Shown: in pieces, positions 1 through 12,766 of the stretch
Position numbering within the stretch: the stretch's first letter is position 1
How the letters are laid out: every line of letters begins with the position of its first letter
NCBI GenBank assembly: GCA_038496445.1
Contig: JALMLS010000322.1
Span: forward strand, 1,054,001 to 1,118,000
DNA: 64,000 nt
Reading direction: 5' to 3'
Source: Trichosphaerium sp. ATCC 40318
Taxonomy: Eukaryota; Protista; Tubulinea
Translations under genes and position numbers: made by a program
Notes under the pieces: model-generated
The model's database searches: none
Told to the model about the DNA's origin: nothing
What the model saw: only the letters and a program-made list of their open reading frames with translations

Positions 1-54
1 TTTCGCGTTTTTATTTTCGCGTTTTTTTCCCCTTTTTGTTAATCGTTACCTTAG

Positions 55-1256
55 GAATTGGTTAAGTCTCTGTAGCCATCCTGAGCCATTTGGTTGATGT
101 ACTCTCACACGTTATACCTAAAGCCATTATGTGGAAGTTTATAGGAAGCCAATTGGAGTCGTTGGAGCGCAAAGATGAAGGGAAGGCAGACTTGACTAAA
201 AAAGTTGTGTTTAACGGCAAGGCGTGGCTTATAAACAACGTATTAACACCTGAAGAGTCTCAAATTATAGTTGGCGGTATCGAAAAACTGGTACGAAATC
301 CGTTTTGTTGAAAAGAGCTCAGTTTATCGCTAAATGTGTTGTAGACTCTTAAAACATGCGATCTTGGGTATAGGTTGTGTCTACGGAAGGAAATTAAGTC
401 CGTTCAATTAACCAAATACGTACGCCTTTCTAGAGTATTCAAATCGCTCTAAAACCGTATTAAAACGCGTGAGAGTAACTTTGTTTAAAGATTTGGGATA
501 AAATAAGCGATTTTGTTCCTATAACAATAACAAGCCGTTATCCTAAGGCTAGAGAGGGTAGTCCTGTTTTCAAGTGGGATTTGGTTGGTTTAAACCCTGA
601 TATACGAGTTGTAAAGTATAACAAGAATATGAAGTTCGAAGTCCACTATGATTACCCTAGAAAGCAAGGAAAGGGTGTATTGAGTATGATGACATTTATG
701 ATTTACTTAAACAAGGGATTCAAAGGAGGTCAGACACTATTTTTTGAAAATGATGAAAAAACGGTCACAAAGTCTATATCTCCTGAGCCTGGGTTATTGT
801 TGATGTTCTTGCAAGGTGAAAGAGAAGGTAAGGTTATCATTTCAATATCTCATTTTTTTCTTCGTCTTGCTGGAATGACTCGGATTGTCTTTCAAAAAAA
901 ATGACAAAAAAACCAATGATAATTTTTTCAATCCTGGTCCTCTCTAGCTATACATGCGTTCTAGTCACAACCCATGGTGTATGTACATACTACATTGGTT
1001 TTTTGTAAAAGAACATAGTGTAGGCAGTACATATTAATGTGGGTATCCTCGGCAAGCGTTGAAAAAAAAATGTCAAAGTTTTGAAACTGTTTTATTTTTT
1101 ATGTTGATAATCCGGGTCATCATTCCTCATTTCTATGTACCATATGTGGTGTAACTTATTTTTTTAGGGTTAAAACACAGTGGAACTCCTGTAGAAGAAG
1201 GGACAAAGTATATTCTGAGAACAGATGTATTTTATAAAAAATGCAGTGCAATGTGA
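55..1256 (+). CDS. 2OG-Fe(II) oxygenase, prolyl-4-hydroxylase-like (5' partial, multi-exon)
   Basis: Exons give GLNPDIRVVKY...FEVHYD (HxD) and TFMIYLN..FKGGQT. The last exon 1168-1256 gives LKHSGTPVEEGTKYILRTD (distal His, K-Y-x-x-R), then TGA. Confidence 0.85.
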
Positions 1257-1761
1257 ATGACCAATAAATTTTTAATAGCACAATCAGAAAAGGAGGTCTA
1301 AACTGAATCCTAACAGTAACTTTTGAAATACTATATGCATCCATACGGACCGAATATCCAACTAGTACAAATATTTATAGGTGATCCCATATCAAAAGTG
1401 CGGTTAAGTCTTTTTTTCGAAGAAAGAAAAAACAAAAAAAAACTCAATGTTTGTTTACAGTAATTGAGCGAGCCACATTTAAAGTCTCTACTGCTTGATA
1501 CATGTGTTAACTCTGCAATACCTGCATGAGAGCTATTATACTTCCGAAATTCGCATGCTGATGCTATGTGCATCGCTAGGTTTTAGCATTGTTACCAAGC
1601 GATATAGCTGGGTGCAACATCAACGGACTAAGTAAACATGCACAATATACAATTTATGACACTGTATTATGATGGCACACTTGGTAAGATGTAATCAATT
1701 CAAAGAATATCTATTATCTTGTGTGCTAAAGATTCAGCTATTTGGCAAAAAATGCAACAAC

Positions 1762-2767
1762 CTACTCTCTGATGCATTGAGCATCTCTTAGATATCATCA
1801 GAATTGAAGATAAAACAGATTTAATTTGTAACTTACTTGGATGGCTTGACTACTTTTTGTTTGCTTATTTTGCGTGTATAAGAGCTCTTACGATATGATA
1901 TTGGGTGTATACCACTTTTAGCTTGTACTATGTCCCTTGGTCTGCTAATTGTCCTGGCACTTTTTGAACCTCTTGGCGTTTGTTTCTTATGTCCTTTTGA
2001 ACACTTATCTTTCACTGTAAATCATCAGGACGGTTCAAAGATGAGATTCTTTAAAAGTACCGTATGAACAAGCTTTCGATAGAAACTGTCTTCTCAGAGA
2101 CACATAGCACGTCACGTAAGTTGGAAATGGTCCAATTTCGAGATTTGGATTGTACTTTGATAACTACCTCCGTTTTAATCCTAGACACGTTTGGAGGCTG
2201 CTTGAAGGTACGTACGCCATTGTGTTGGAGGTAGGCTACAAAGGAAGCTGCTTCTTGGCTGTCTTCGAATCGAAATGGCAGAAAGAAGTTTGTATGAACG
2301 CGTAGGATAATATGGCGCCTGCAAGGATCTTCTTGGTAGTTAAAGTATGACAGCGCAGTCAAATAAGTTCTTGTCTTCTACGAGTTTTTATTAGTCAGCA
2401 ACTACTATTTACGCGCAGCTAGTTTTTGTTTTCAAAGAAAAAGTACCCTCATAGACCACAAGTGCGTTACAGTTAGTTTAGATGATTCCCGTTTAATGCT
2501 GAGTCTAAACGGCGCATACCCAACAACATCCAGAGGTACATTTGCGTTGTCTCCTTTTGACGTATCACGTAAAGAACCATCAGCTTCTACCTGTACTGGA
2601 GTTGTAAAGTCCATGTATACCGCGAGTAAAGTCGCTTCAAAAAAGGAATGTGAGTGTCTACTTGCATCGTTAATACTGTTGTACATACATTTTATTGTAA
2701 AGTAAGTATCGTAAACGCTTCTTTCGTTTTTTGGATCATCTTGAATGTCGTCTGTTTGTTCGTTCAT
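1762..2767 (-). CDS. Hypothetical protein, about 4 exons, basic C-terminus
   Basis: ORFs 2432-2767, 2051-2362 and 1833-2015 appear joinable through GT-AG introns. No family recognised; 3' end uncertain. Confidence 0.55.
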
Positions 2768-3520
2768 AAGAAAAGAATGGAAAGTGCTGTAGTTGTATCA
2801 CGAGGGTGCCCGCGGTTTAAAAGAGAGTACTATGATTAGTTTTTAGTCCAATTTTAACTCACAAAAATAAAAAAAAATCAAAGCGCCAGCTTGCTTAATA
2901 CGAGTATTGTATAGATACATACAACGGTTTTTGGCCATTTAAAGCAAGTCTGAAAACTGACAAGATAAAAAAACGAAACACAAAAGTACACTTTTTGAGA
3001 CCTTAAAGGACTGTGCTTTCGAGCTACTAAACTTGTAGAGGTTTGCTTTTGGAAGTCCAGAAAATTGTGTACGGAAAAAGACGTAGCAGACGGTAACAAC
3101 TACGTTACGATCAATCATTATAGCCAACTACTGTGGCTTTATCAGCCAAATCAGTGTATTTACAGAATTCACAAAAAGAAATTTCAAACCTCATCTCTTA
3201 GTTTTTGAAACTGCAACTTGCCATCGTAATCAGGGACCTTTTGACTCTTGTGTATGTATCGTGTATCTTTGCATTGTTTAACGGCAACAGTTTGGGAGAT
3301 TAACAGAAGCAGGGAGTGGACTAGCGAGGCAAACAAAGAGATTTTTTTTTAACATATTAACAATATTTATTAACCCGAAGAAAAATTGTACAAGAGTACT
3401 TCGATTACATGCTCTCTGTCTCTTATTTGAAATCAAACAAAGCTTGAGAATGCTAGCAATGGTGGTGGGGGGAAGAATTTGGTAAAATTAACCGTTTGTG
3501 GTGGTTGGCAATTTTGGTTT

Positions 3521-6056
3521 TTATACAGCAGGAACTGCTTGAAATTGTACTATAACTTCATTCCAAAATCTGTCCTTGCTGTAAGTCAAAAGACTACTCT
3601 TCATAGCCTTGACTATCAATGATCTTGCCATACTTTGATTAATATAAGTAGCAATAGCACCGCCTATAAAGAGAGAAAGTAAGCACTTGAGGAAGCCAAG
3701 AAAGTGAAGAAAATCGAAGAAAGAGAAAAAAAAAAGTGCGTACCTAGGATAACTAAATCGCAAAGCATTGCTGTAGCAAACTGTTGTAGGGTCTTTTGGT
3801 CATTATGAACATCCATAGCCTTTAGTAGAACGTCTACAAGGACTTGTTTTTCTGTATCAGTATCTAAAAGCAGAGTTAGAAATCGAAGAAAGACAAAGTT
3901 AAAGAAAAAAAAAACTTACTTGGTCTTCTGAAATACATAAAGAAAAGGAGCAAAGTGCCTTCAACTTGAACTGAAGCGTCTCCCTTGTATCTTTTCAAAA
4001 ATCGTAGAATCTTTGATTTATATTTCAATAGAGATGCAGAGAACTGTTGGTTAACATCATCTAAAAATAAAACAGTAAGTAAGAGAACCAAGAATCGAAA
4101 TTTCAAAAAAAAAAAAAAAAAAGGAAGGTAAGCACTTACCATCAAGTTGTGCAACGTTTCTTAGGCATCTAAAGAGACTAGATGCTACTTCTGGTTTCTG
4201 TCTGTGACGTTTCAATATTGTGCTTGTCTTTGAAATAAGGAATGTGTTAATTGATCTGAATCTTTTACGTTCTAAAGAAAGAAAGTAAGTCGTAAGAACA
4301 AGGAGGAATTACAAAAAAACAAAATTCCAAAAACAAAAAAAAACTCCATCAAAAAAAACTCCACACATTCCTCACATTTCCAATAAAGATACGTTACAAT
4401 AGAATAACGGTTCAAAAGTGTGTTTTAAAAAGGTATTCAAAAAAAAAGGAGTGAAAAGAAAGAAAATACGAAGCGACACAAAACTGGAAAACCGAAAAAA
4501 CTGTTTGTCTATTTTCTGGTGTATTTAGGGAAGGTGTGAAGTAAAAGAGTTTTCATGGTTTCTTTTTCCAGAAACTAAAGCCTGAGGCCCTTTTTTGATA
4601 AAAAAAGATGCATACCTCTATAGAAAACTCCGCGTGTAAGAACAGCGATAAGGTCTAAGCACCAAGTGATTACATTAGCGTTTTCTAGGTTTTTTCCAAG
4701 GACTTCTTGTAAAGCAGCAAGAGCACCCTTTTCAGCGATAATACGCTTGTTTTCTGGATCTAAAAAAAGAGGTTTTAGTCACACTTTCCTTTTTCAAGAA
4801 AATAGAAGCCAACACCGGCACAAAAAGAAATTTCTGATTAAAGGCGCGAAAAAAGGGACAAACGAAGGTGTAAGAAACAACTACGTACTGACTAGAGCCA
4901 AGTTCTTCATTAGGAAGCAGCCATAGTCTACTACTTCGTTACAGTCGTGATGAACTCTGAGCGCTTTAAGAACACGCTCAATACCGCCTTTATGGAGTAC
5001 AATAAGGCTGTTTTGGTTTTCTTCTAAACAAGGAAAATAAGATAAACGTAAAAGAAAAAGAAGAAGAAAAATTTCTTTTTCGAAATCTTACCACTACACA
5101 AGTTACCAAGGGCACAAAAGGCACCTGCTAGGAAGTCTTGGTCTTTAATAAAGTATTTAAGGCCATTTAGGATGAGCTAAATCAATCAGTAAGACAGAAA
5201 AATCAAGATTGAAAAAAAAAAACCGTTTCGCACCTTTACAATTTTGCATTCGCCGAAAGTTTGAACGTTGGCTTCAACGTTTTTAACGATAGCTGGTGTA
5301 GCATCTAAAGCGATTTTTAATTAGTTTTCTGGTATTCGAAACACAAAAAAAAAAAAACGAAATACTTACCAGCAGGATAATAACATAGCCTACGAATAGC
5401 ATAACAAGCTGCTTTTTGGAACAACAAGCTTTTTGAGTGTGTTTTCATTTTTTGGACGATAACATCGATTTCGGTGTTTTCTTCGGGATCTTCGTTACGA
5501 GAAGCGCCAATACCAAGCAGTGGTTGCACAAGTATACGAAGGCTTGACTTTTGTCGTCTCTTCTCGTGTGATAATAAAAAGGCAAATGCTCTGCTCTCAG
5601 CTGATAGAAAGTTCCATTTAACTGGTGGTATGAGAAGTGCCTAAAGAGAGGGTTCGTTTTAGCTTCTTGTAGAGTGATTTTATTTTTTAGTTTTTATTCA
5701 AAAACGCCTTTACAATAAAGTAATAGACGATAAAAGTTGTCGTATTGTATACGTATATACGTACCTTATGGATAGCTGGCCATTCGTGTTTGAATGATGC
5801 GCTCCAAAGTTTATGGTCGTTTACAACAGGTGCTCTTAGTTGCGTACATGCAAGACATAAGTTGTGTAGGTCCTTTGGGCTAAGGGTGGCGCAGATTTCG
5901 TATACTAACTACACAAAAATCGCGTTAAAATTACCAATATTAGTCTAGTACGGTTCGTACGTTACGAAAAACGAAGGCCATGGTGTTTCCGTCGTTAGTT
6001 GGTCTAACATTAATAGGTGTGCCAATACGTGGTGTAATAGGTACTGTAGGTGGCAT
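3521..6056 (-). CDS. F-box + armadillo-repeat protein (Aardvark/Arabidillo-like architecture)
   Basis: Exon near 5765-5908 gives LVYEICATLSPKDLHNLCLACTQLR...DHKLW (F-box-like). ARM-like repeats follow: FQKAACYAIRRLC, AGAFCALGNLC, GGIERVLKALRVH...YGCFLMKNLA, NKRIIAEKGALAAL. Confidence 0.75.
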
Positions 6057-6639
6057 GGTTACTGCAAATTAGTACGTTAGCTATGAAGAATGACCTTGAA
6101 CAATCCGGAATCGGAAAAGTACGAATGCGGCATAATACCGGCTTAACATGTAAAATTGGTAAAATAAGAAATGATTATTAAAAAATCAATGCACTCACTA
6201 ACTGTTAATGTGCATTAAACTTTTTTTTTTTTTGTTTTTTTTTCAAATTAGTCGATTTGTAAGTTTCAAAAAAGATAATAATAAGCGAAAGATATCTAAC
6301 GATATTATATACACTCTAGTGTATTTAAAAATCAATCTTTTGGAAATAAATAGAGATTATATACTCAGAAACGGTAATTCGTACGTTATGTGGTGTGTAG
6401 AGTGATGCAAAAGGTGGTGTGTGAGTAAATGTGTTGATTGGGATGAACTCTAAGGCTCTTGCTTTCTCTCTGTGTGTTTTTTTTTGTAAATGGGAAAAAC
6501 TTGGATAACATAAATCCGTAAAATAATTGAGACCCAAATTCCAAACGTTATTATCTTATCATTGCACGCGTGTATATACTTATTTTTATTTTAGAATGTG
6601 TAGATTGAAATTCTGAAATACTGAATACTGGAGGTGCGC

Positions 6640-6667
6640 TTTTTTTTTTTTTTTTTTTTTTTTTTTT
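6640..6667. repeat. poly(T) tract, 28 nt, in a divergent intergenic region
   Basis: Read directly from the sequence. Confidence 0.9.
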
Positions 6668-7500
6668 CTAACCGTGTAGTTATTTCGTAATGCGGACTTT
6701 TTTTATACCGTTTCACAGTATACTTTATTTTATATAAAGGTTTGTGTTGATGTAAAAATAATAACGGAAAAAAAGTTCTAGCTTTCACATAAAATATCGG
6801 ACCTTGCTTTTTAATGTCCTCACACCATTTCCTCCCTTTCTCGTCAATAAGAGCTAATAACCCAAAAAAAAAAAAATACAATCGAGCAGAAGTATTTTAT
6901 TTCTACAGTAAAGCTCTTTTTTTCCATCTTTTTACCGTCTGTCGCGACCATAGAATCACAAAAAAAAAATACTTCATGTCATTTCAAAAAACCAGGGACG
7001 TAATTCTCGCGAATAAGTGTCATCACTCCATTACCAATTAAAAAAAAACGTGATTAAAAAATTTCTTACGTGAGACCGAAACCCAAATAAATAAAACTGC
7101 GGTCATTTGCTTGTGAGTCAAAAAGACGACTCTGGAAAAAAATTAAATAAAAAAGTCTGAGTATCGCCATAGTGCACCTCCTTTTTGACAGATTATTTAA
7201 ATCTTGCGATAAGACGATTTATCGCGTTCGTTGGGCGCTACTTTGAGTTACATGAAGATTTACAAAGTTGGCTAGTGTCAGTTTAAGTTGGTGTAAATCC
7301 AAAAACACCAAAAAGTAACGCGGATATAAGCGGTTGGAGGTATTTGGAGAAGCAAAGTACGTTTTAGATGATTATGGACTAATAAGCGCGATATCCTCGC
7401 CGAAGACCTTTATCGCGTTAATACACCATGATTTTCGTATTTATGCAGTTTTAAGTGCATGGCGCTTATATTGTGTAGATTCCACGGCCTATAGACCAAT

Positions 7501-10500
7501 ATGACAGAGTATACAGATGTAAAGCCCAGGGAAGGCGGTGATTCAATTTTTGGTACTTCTTTGTACCAGATCTACAGAAGTACAAACGAGCCTGTCCCTC
7601 GCTTTGTAACGCAAGCATGTGACTTACTAGCACTGAATGGTGCGTTTTTTGGCGTGTTCATGCAGTCTTAACTGATCCTGTAAATAGGTAGAAAAATTGG
7701 GCTGTTTACGAGCATGTCAGACTCAAAGCAAGAGATGCAGCAACTAATTGAAGTTCTAAATTCAGGTATTTGTTTACAATTGTTTTAATAGAAAATCTTT
7801 GTTAACGTAAGCGTTTACGACGTATTTAAAGCCAAAGTAGGGACACAACCTGACTTTGGACCAAACAGACAGTTTACACTCGTTTGTGTATCTAACGTAC
7901 TCCAAACGTTTTTTAAGCGAATACCAAACGCATTACTGATGTTTGAGTTGCATAATAAGTTCATTGGCGTCACACGTGAGTTTTTTTTTTGTTTTGACTT
8001 CACGTCATCTCACGGCGTTGTATTAACGTCATTATGTTAGATAGCGCAATATATAAAAGCCAAGAAGAGCAAGTAAAGTTTTTAAAAGACCTAATCGCTG
8101 TTTTACCCGATACACACCGTGAAACGTTGAAATGTCTTATGGCTCTGTTTATTAAATTAGAAAATACACCTAACAGAAAGAGCTTGGCAGGTAAGAAAAA
8201 ACTTATCATTTGGTTAATCAATACTTAGCTTATAAGGCACTTGGGGTCCACTTCTGTTGTTGAGGAAGAGTATACATGATTTATCTACTGATACACTTGA
8301 TGCTGTAAATCTACTTGATCTTATGATCGATAATTCTGATGTTTTGTTTGACGTACGAGTGTGCAGAATTCGTTTTTGTTTTTGTTTTTTTTTTTGTTTT
8401 TTGTCGAATGTTAAGTGAATTGTAATATTTGGTTTAGGGTAAGCTTGACACGTGTCCTTCTTGGTTATTGGAGATTAATAAGAGTAAAATGAAAAAGCTT
8501 GAGGATTATAGTGCTAAGATTGTACAAGTAAGCCAGTTCCTTGCTGATTTCAAGACAAAGTATCCGGATCAAGTTGATATTTCTGAGTTTGAGAATAATC
8601 TTGATTTGCTCCTTGCAAAGGCTGAGCATGTCCTTAAGAATATTGATATCTCTAAAGTAATGCAAGTCATTGATACACATCACTTGGAGCGTTTCTTTAC
8701 GTCTATTATTGATTTTCATGATATGCTTCTAAGAGGGAGGAATCGTAATAATTTAATTCGTCATTTCAAATCACATCGTCTTCGTGGTAGTCTAGAGAGA
8801 CTTTCTTTATCAATGCAGTATGAACTTATTCTTTGGTGTGATTATATGAATGACTTGACTGGTGGTATTCTATTTAACTTGCCGAGCTATAAGAAATTTG
8901 CAGAGTGGGGTGCTGATGTAAGTTTTCGTTGTTTGGTTTTTGTTTTTTTTTTTTTTCTTTCATTTTTGGAAAATTGTTTTGTTTTTGGATTTGTAGTTCT
9001 TGCGAATAATCCAAGCTTTTTTGGGAGAATTTTGTATTGTTTTTTCCAAGTTTGGTGTTAGGTATTTATTTATATTTTTAAGGTTATTTTGGATGTAAAT
9101 GGACAGAAGATGTGGCGTGATAAATTCGGTTTTGAGGTTAGAATTTTTTTTTTTTTGGTCTGGTTTTTGTTTTTTTTTTTTTTAATTTGTGTCGATGTTT
9201 ATTGGCTTTCTAGAGGTTTATGGTGCCTTGGCATACGTTTATGAAGAGGTACCAAAATTTCTTGGGTGTAAATATTGATCAGTCGCTTGAAATGAACCTC
9301 AAATATGTATTGGGTATATGCCACAAAATTTATTAAGAAGGAGAAACTTCTTTCGTGAAATTAATAATTTTTTTTAGATGTATCCAGTACTGGTTTTGTT
9401 ACGGTTTACCGATTTTCTGAGTATCTGAAGGGATTTGGACCTCTAGAGAGTAGTATAGATAATGTAAAGACTGTAGTAACACAACCGTACGTCTAATCAA
9501 GCATTTTATTACCAATCTTCTTCCTACCACTCCGACGTCGGAGTAGTTTAATTTTTGATTAATTTTCTATGTTTAGGTGGTTTCAGTTTTTTTTGACGAA
9601 TACAGAAGCCGAAAAACTGTTGGAACCTTGTTATGTTGGAACATTTCTTGTGAGGTTCTCAGAGTCTGATCCTGGATCATTTGCTGTTAATTTTAAGACA
9701 CAAGATCGTGTAATGTCAATTAAGATATTCACAACAGATGAGGGCTTTATGGTCCGTGAGGGTAGTGCATATAAAAAGTTTCCTTCACTTCCTGATATGG
9801 TAAAGAATTATACTTCTTTCTTGGCTATACCCTTCAATGGAAAGCTCATGACAAAGGAGTACGCTTATTACTTTGTTTTGTATGTGTACCTTGTGCTTTG
9901 TGCTTATTTGGATTATTTTAAAGTTGGTTCTATGGTGATTTTAGTCTTGAAGAGACTCAAGAGTTTTTATCAGATGAACTTATTGGATCTTATTTGATTC
10001 GATTTTCTCGAATGCCAAGCAATTTTACTTGTTCTTATATTAAGCGTGATGGTATATGTCATTGCAGATTAGAGCGGTTACCAGATGGTACGATTCTAGG
10101 GTTATTTTTGGCGGTGTTTTAAGCGGCTATTTATTTGATGTTTTGTTACTGACTTGTTCTTCTTTTAACAGGTAAGATTGGGTTTGAACAAGACTTGTAT
10201 GAGAATTTGGATCATTTTATTGAAGCCAATAGTACTTGGTTTACACAGCCATATAAGAACGATAATTCTGTTTCAAGAAATGCAGAAGCAGATGAGCGAG
10301 CGGTAAGATTTTGTGCAGAGTGGGTTTTTTTTTTTGAATGTTAAATTTTGTAATAGGCTCAACGTTTGCTCAATGACTTGTTCTCTCTTGAACAAGAGGA
10401 GGAAAGGGAATATGTAAAGTATGCAGAAGATTTCCGTGGTCTTAGTATGGCTGCACTCAATGATACACCACGCAGCAGTTCAGAACAAGCGTCACAGTTA

Positions 10501-12345
10501 CTTTCACGGTAAAGGCTGATTTTTTATGTTTCTTTGTTGCTTATGTTTGCTAGTGCTTGCTCCAATGAACTTACAGAAGAAGATAAGAGAGATCTAGAAG
10601 TAAAACTATTTGCTGTAGATCCTAAATCACTTGCAGAGCTATCAAAGAAGGCTCACAGACATCCAAAGTCGTCAAAGCGCGATAAGCTTAAAGTCAAGGT
10701 AAAAGACCCTTTTTTACTTTCTGTGACTTTTTGTGTTTTCACGTGCCGTTACTTACAATGTTTATGTAGTTCAAGGCTTATAATGTAACTCTTGATGGTG
10801 TAAGCTTGAATAAGGTTGCATTTGTTTCTATACAAATTAGAAACGAAGGAAGGAAAGATGTTAAAATAGGCTTCCCTGAACCTGAGATAAACAGACGTTA
10901 TTTCATGTCTGTGTTTTCTCCTGACAATGTTGATACTCTTCGTTCTAAAGATGTACGTTGTTTTTTGTTGTTGTCGTTGATACACGTGATAGAGTTCTAA
11001 ATGATTATGTTACAGGGTTGGCGCACATTAAAGGCTGCAGTTGTACTTATACAACCTGTTTCAGTTCGTAAAGTTTTACAGTTTGACATGAAACGTATGC
11101 TTCTGAATACCTTTTATCTATGATTAATGCTTTGTTTATTAGTTGGTGATCAAGTTGAGAGGTATTTTGTGAGGCTTGAAGTAACACCAAATGTTAAAAC
11201 GCTGACTGATCATGATCCTGATTCTGATGATTGGTGGCGTATTAACTTTGATGATTTGGAGTTTAATAAAAAGATTGGTGGTGGTGCTAGTGCTAGTGTG
11301 TTCCTAGCACGTATGTATGGTGCTGATGTAGCTGTTAAAAAATGGGAACTTGGAAGGCGTGATCCTCCTCCAAAGGATTTTCACGCCGAACTTGATGTTC
11401 TGAGGTATTTTTTTTACTTTTTTTTTCGTTTTTTGTTTTTTGTCTTCCAGCATTGCTGTTTTGCTTGTTTTTATTGGTTATGAGCTAACTGTTTATTATA
11501 TAGGCAACTAAGGCATGAAAATTTGGTATTATTTGTTGGTGGTTTTGCTGGTGATGGCTGTGCGTTCTTGGTTACTGAATTTTGTGGATGTGGTAGTTTG
11601 GATAAGTTTTTACAAACTGATAAAAAATATGATCTTACCTTTAACATGCGTGTTTGTATGGCATTGGATGCTGCTAAAGGTATGTTATTTATTATTTTAT
11701 ACAACCTTTTCTTGAGTTTCACGAAATTACAACCCTTGTAAGAAAAGTACAAGGCTGTCTTGTTGTTCGTGTTTTTTTTTTTTGGTGTTAATTTTTTTTT
11801 TGCTTTTCAGGTATGCGTTATGTACATGGATGTAATCAGATTCATCGTGATATGAAGAGTCTTAATTTATTGGTTGATGATAATAGAAACGTTAAAGTAG
11901 CTGATTTTGGCGAAAGTAGACGTGTTGATACAGAAATGACTTTAGCTGTTGGAACATACACGTGGCACGTGTTTTTTGTTTTTTTTGAAAATCTTTTTTT
12001 TTGTTGCTTTGTACTTGTCTATCTATGACCTCTATTTTTTTTTTTAATATTTGTATTAGGATGGCACCAGAGGTTCTTACTTCTCAGAATTATACTGCAA
12101 AGGCTGATGTATTCAGTTTTGGTATTATTTTGCTTGAACTTTTGACAGAAAAATTTCCAGAAAGATCAATGCAAGATGTCGAGAGGGGTTCTATTCCAAA
12201 GATTCCTCAGAGGTTTATTGATGGATATCCTGATTATGTTGATGTTATTCGTGCTTGTTGTCGTCATGATCCGAATAAGAGGCCATCTTTTAATACTATT
12301 GTTGAACACCTGACGGCTTGTAAAGTAAAATATGAAAATATGTAA
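7501..12345 (+). CDS. Multidomain TKL kinase: RhoGAP-like / helical bundle / Cbl-like EF-hand / SH2 / SH2 / beta-sandwich / kinase
   Basis: RhoGAP: IFGTSL...VPRFV...LPDTHRETLKCL...LAGTWGPLLL. EF region: MWRDKFG..FMVPWHTF...LDVSSTGFVTVYRF. SH2s: WF...GTFLVRFSES and WFYG...GSYLIRFSR. Kinase: IGGGASASV, VAVK, HRDMKSLN, DFG, GTYTWMAPE, DVFSFG, RPSF. Confidence 0.9.
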
Positions 12346-12766
12346 AAAAAAAAAAACCAACCAAAAAACAAATAAAAAACCCTCAAATTGTACCCTTACA
12401 TCACAATAAAGAGGTAATCTGTTTGTAATTTAGAGAAGCTAGAAGATTTCGAACTAGAAAACTTTTTCACAATCTATTGTGAGAATTTGCGACAGTTTAT
12501 TTACACTACTTGACAATTTGACTTGGTTACCTTACTAGGACCTTCAACAATTTCAATTGTGTGCCTTTGGGATAAAAAATAATTGCAACCAAGCTCTGTA
12601 ATATGATGAAAACCGTAAGGACGACATTGTCTGTAAAATAATGCAAGAATTCCAGGATTGACTTGAATAGTACAGCTTTTTTTAATGAAGTTAAAGCTGC
12701 TTTTCCAAAAGGCTCTTTTATGTCCTCATGGAGCAAAATCATACATATGTTTTAGTTACACAATAT

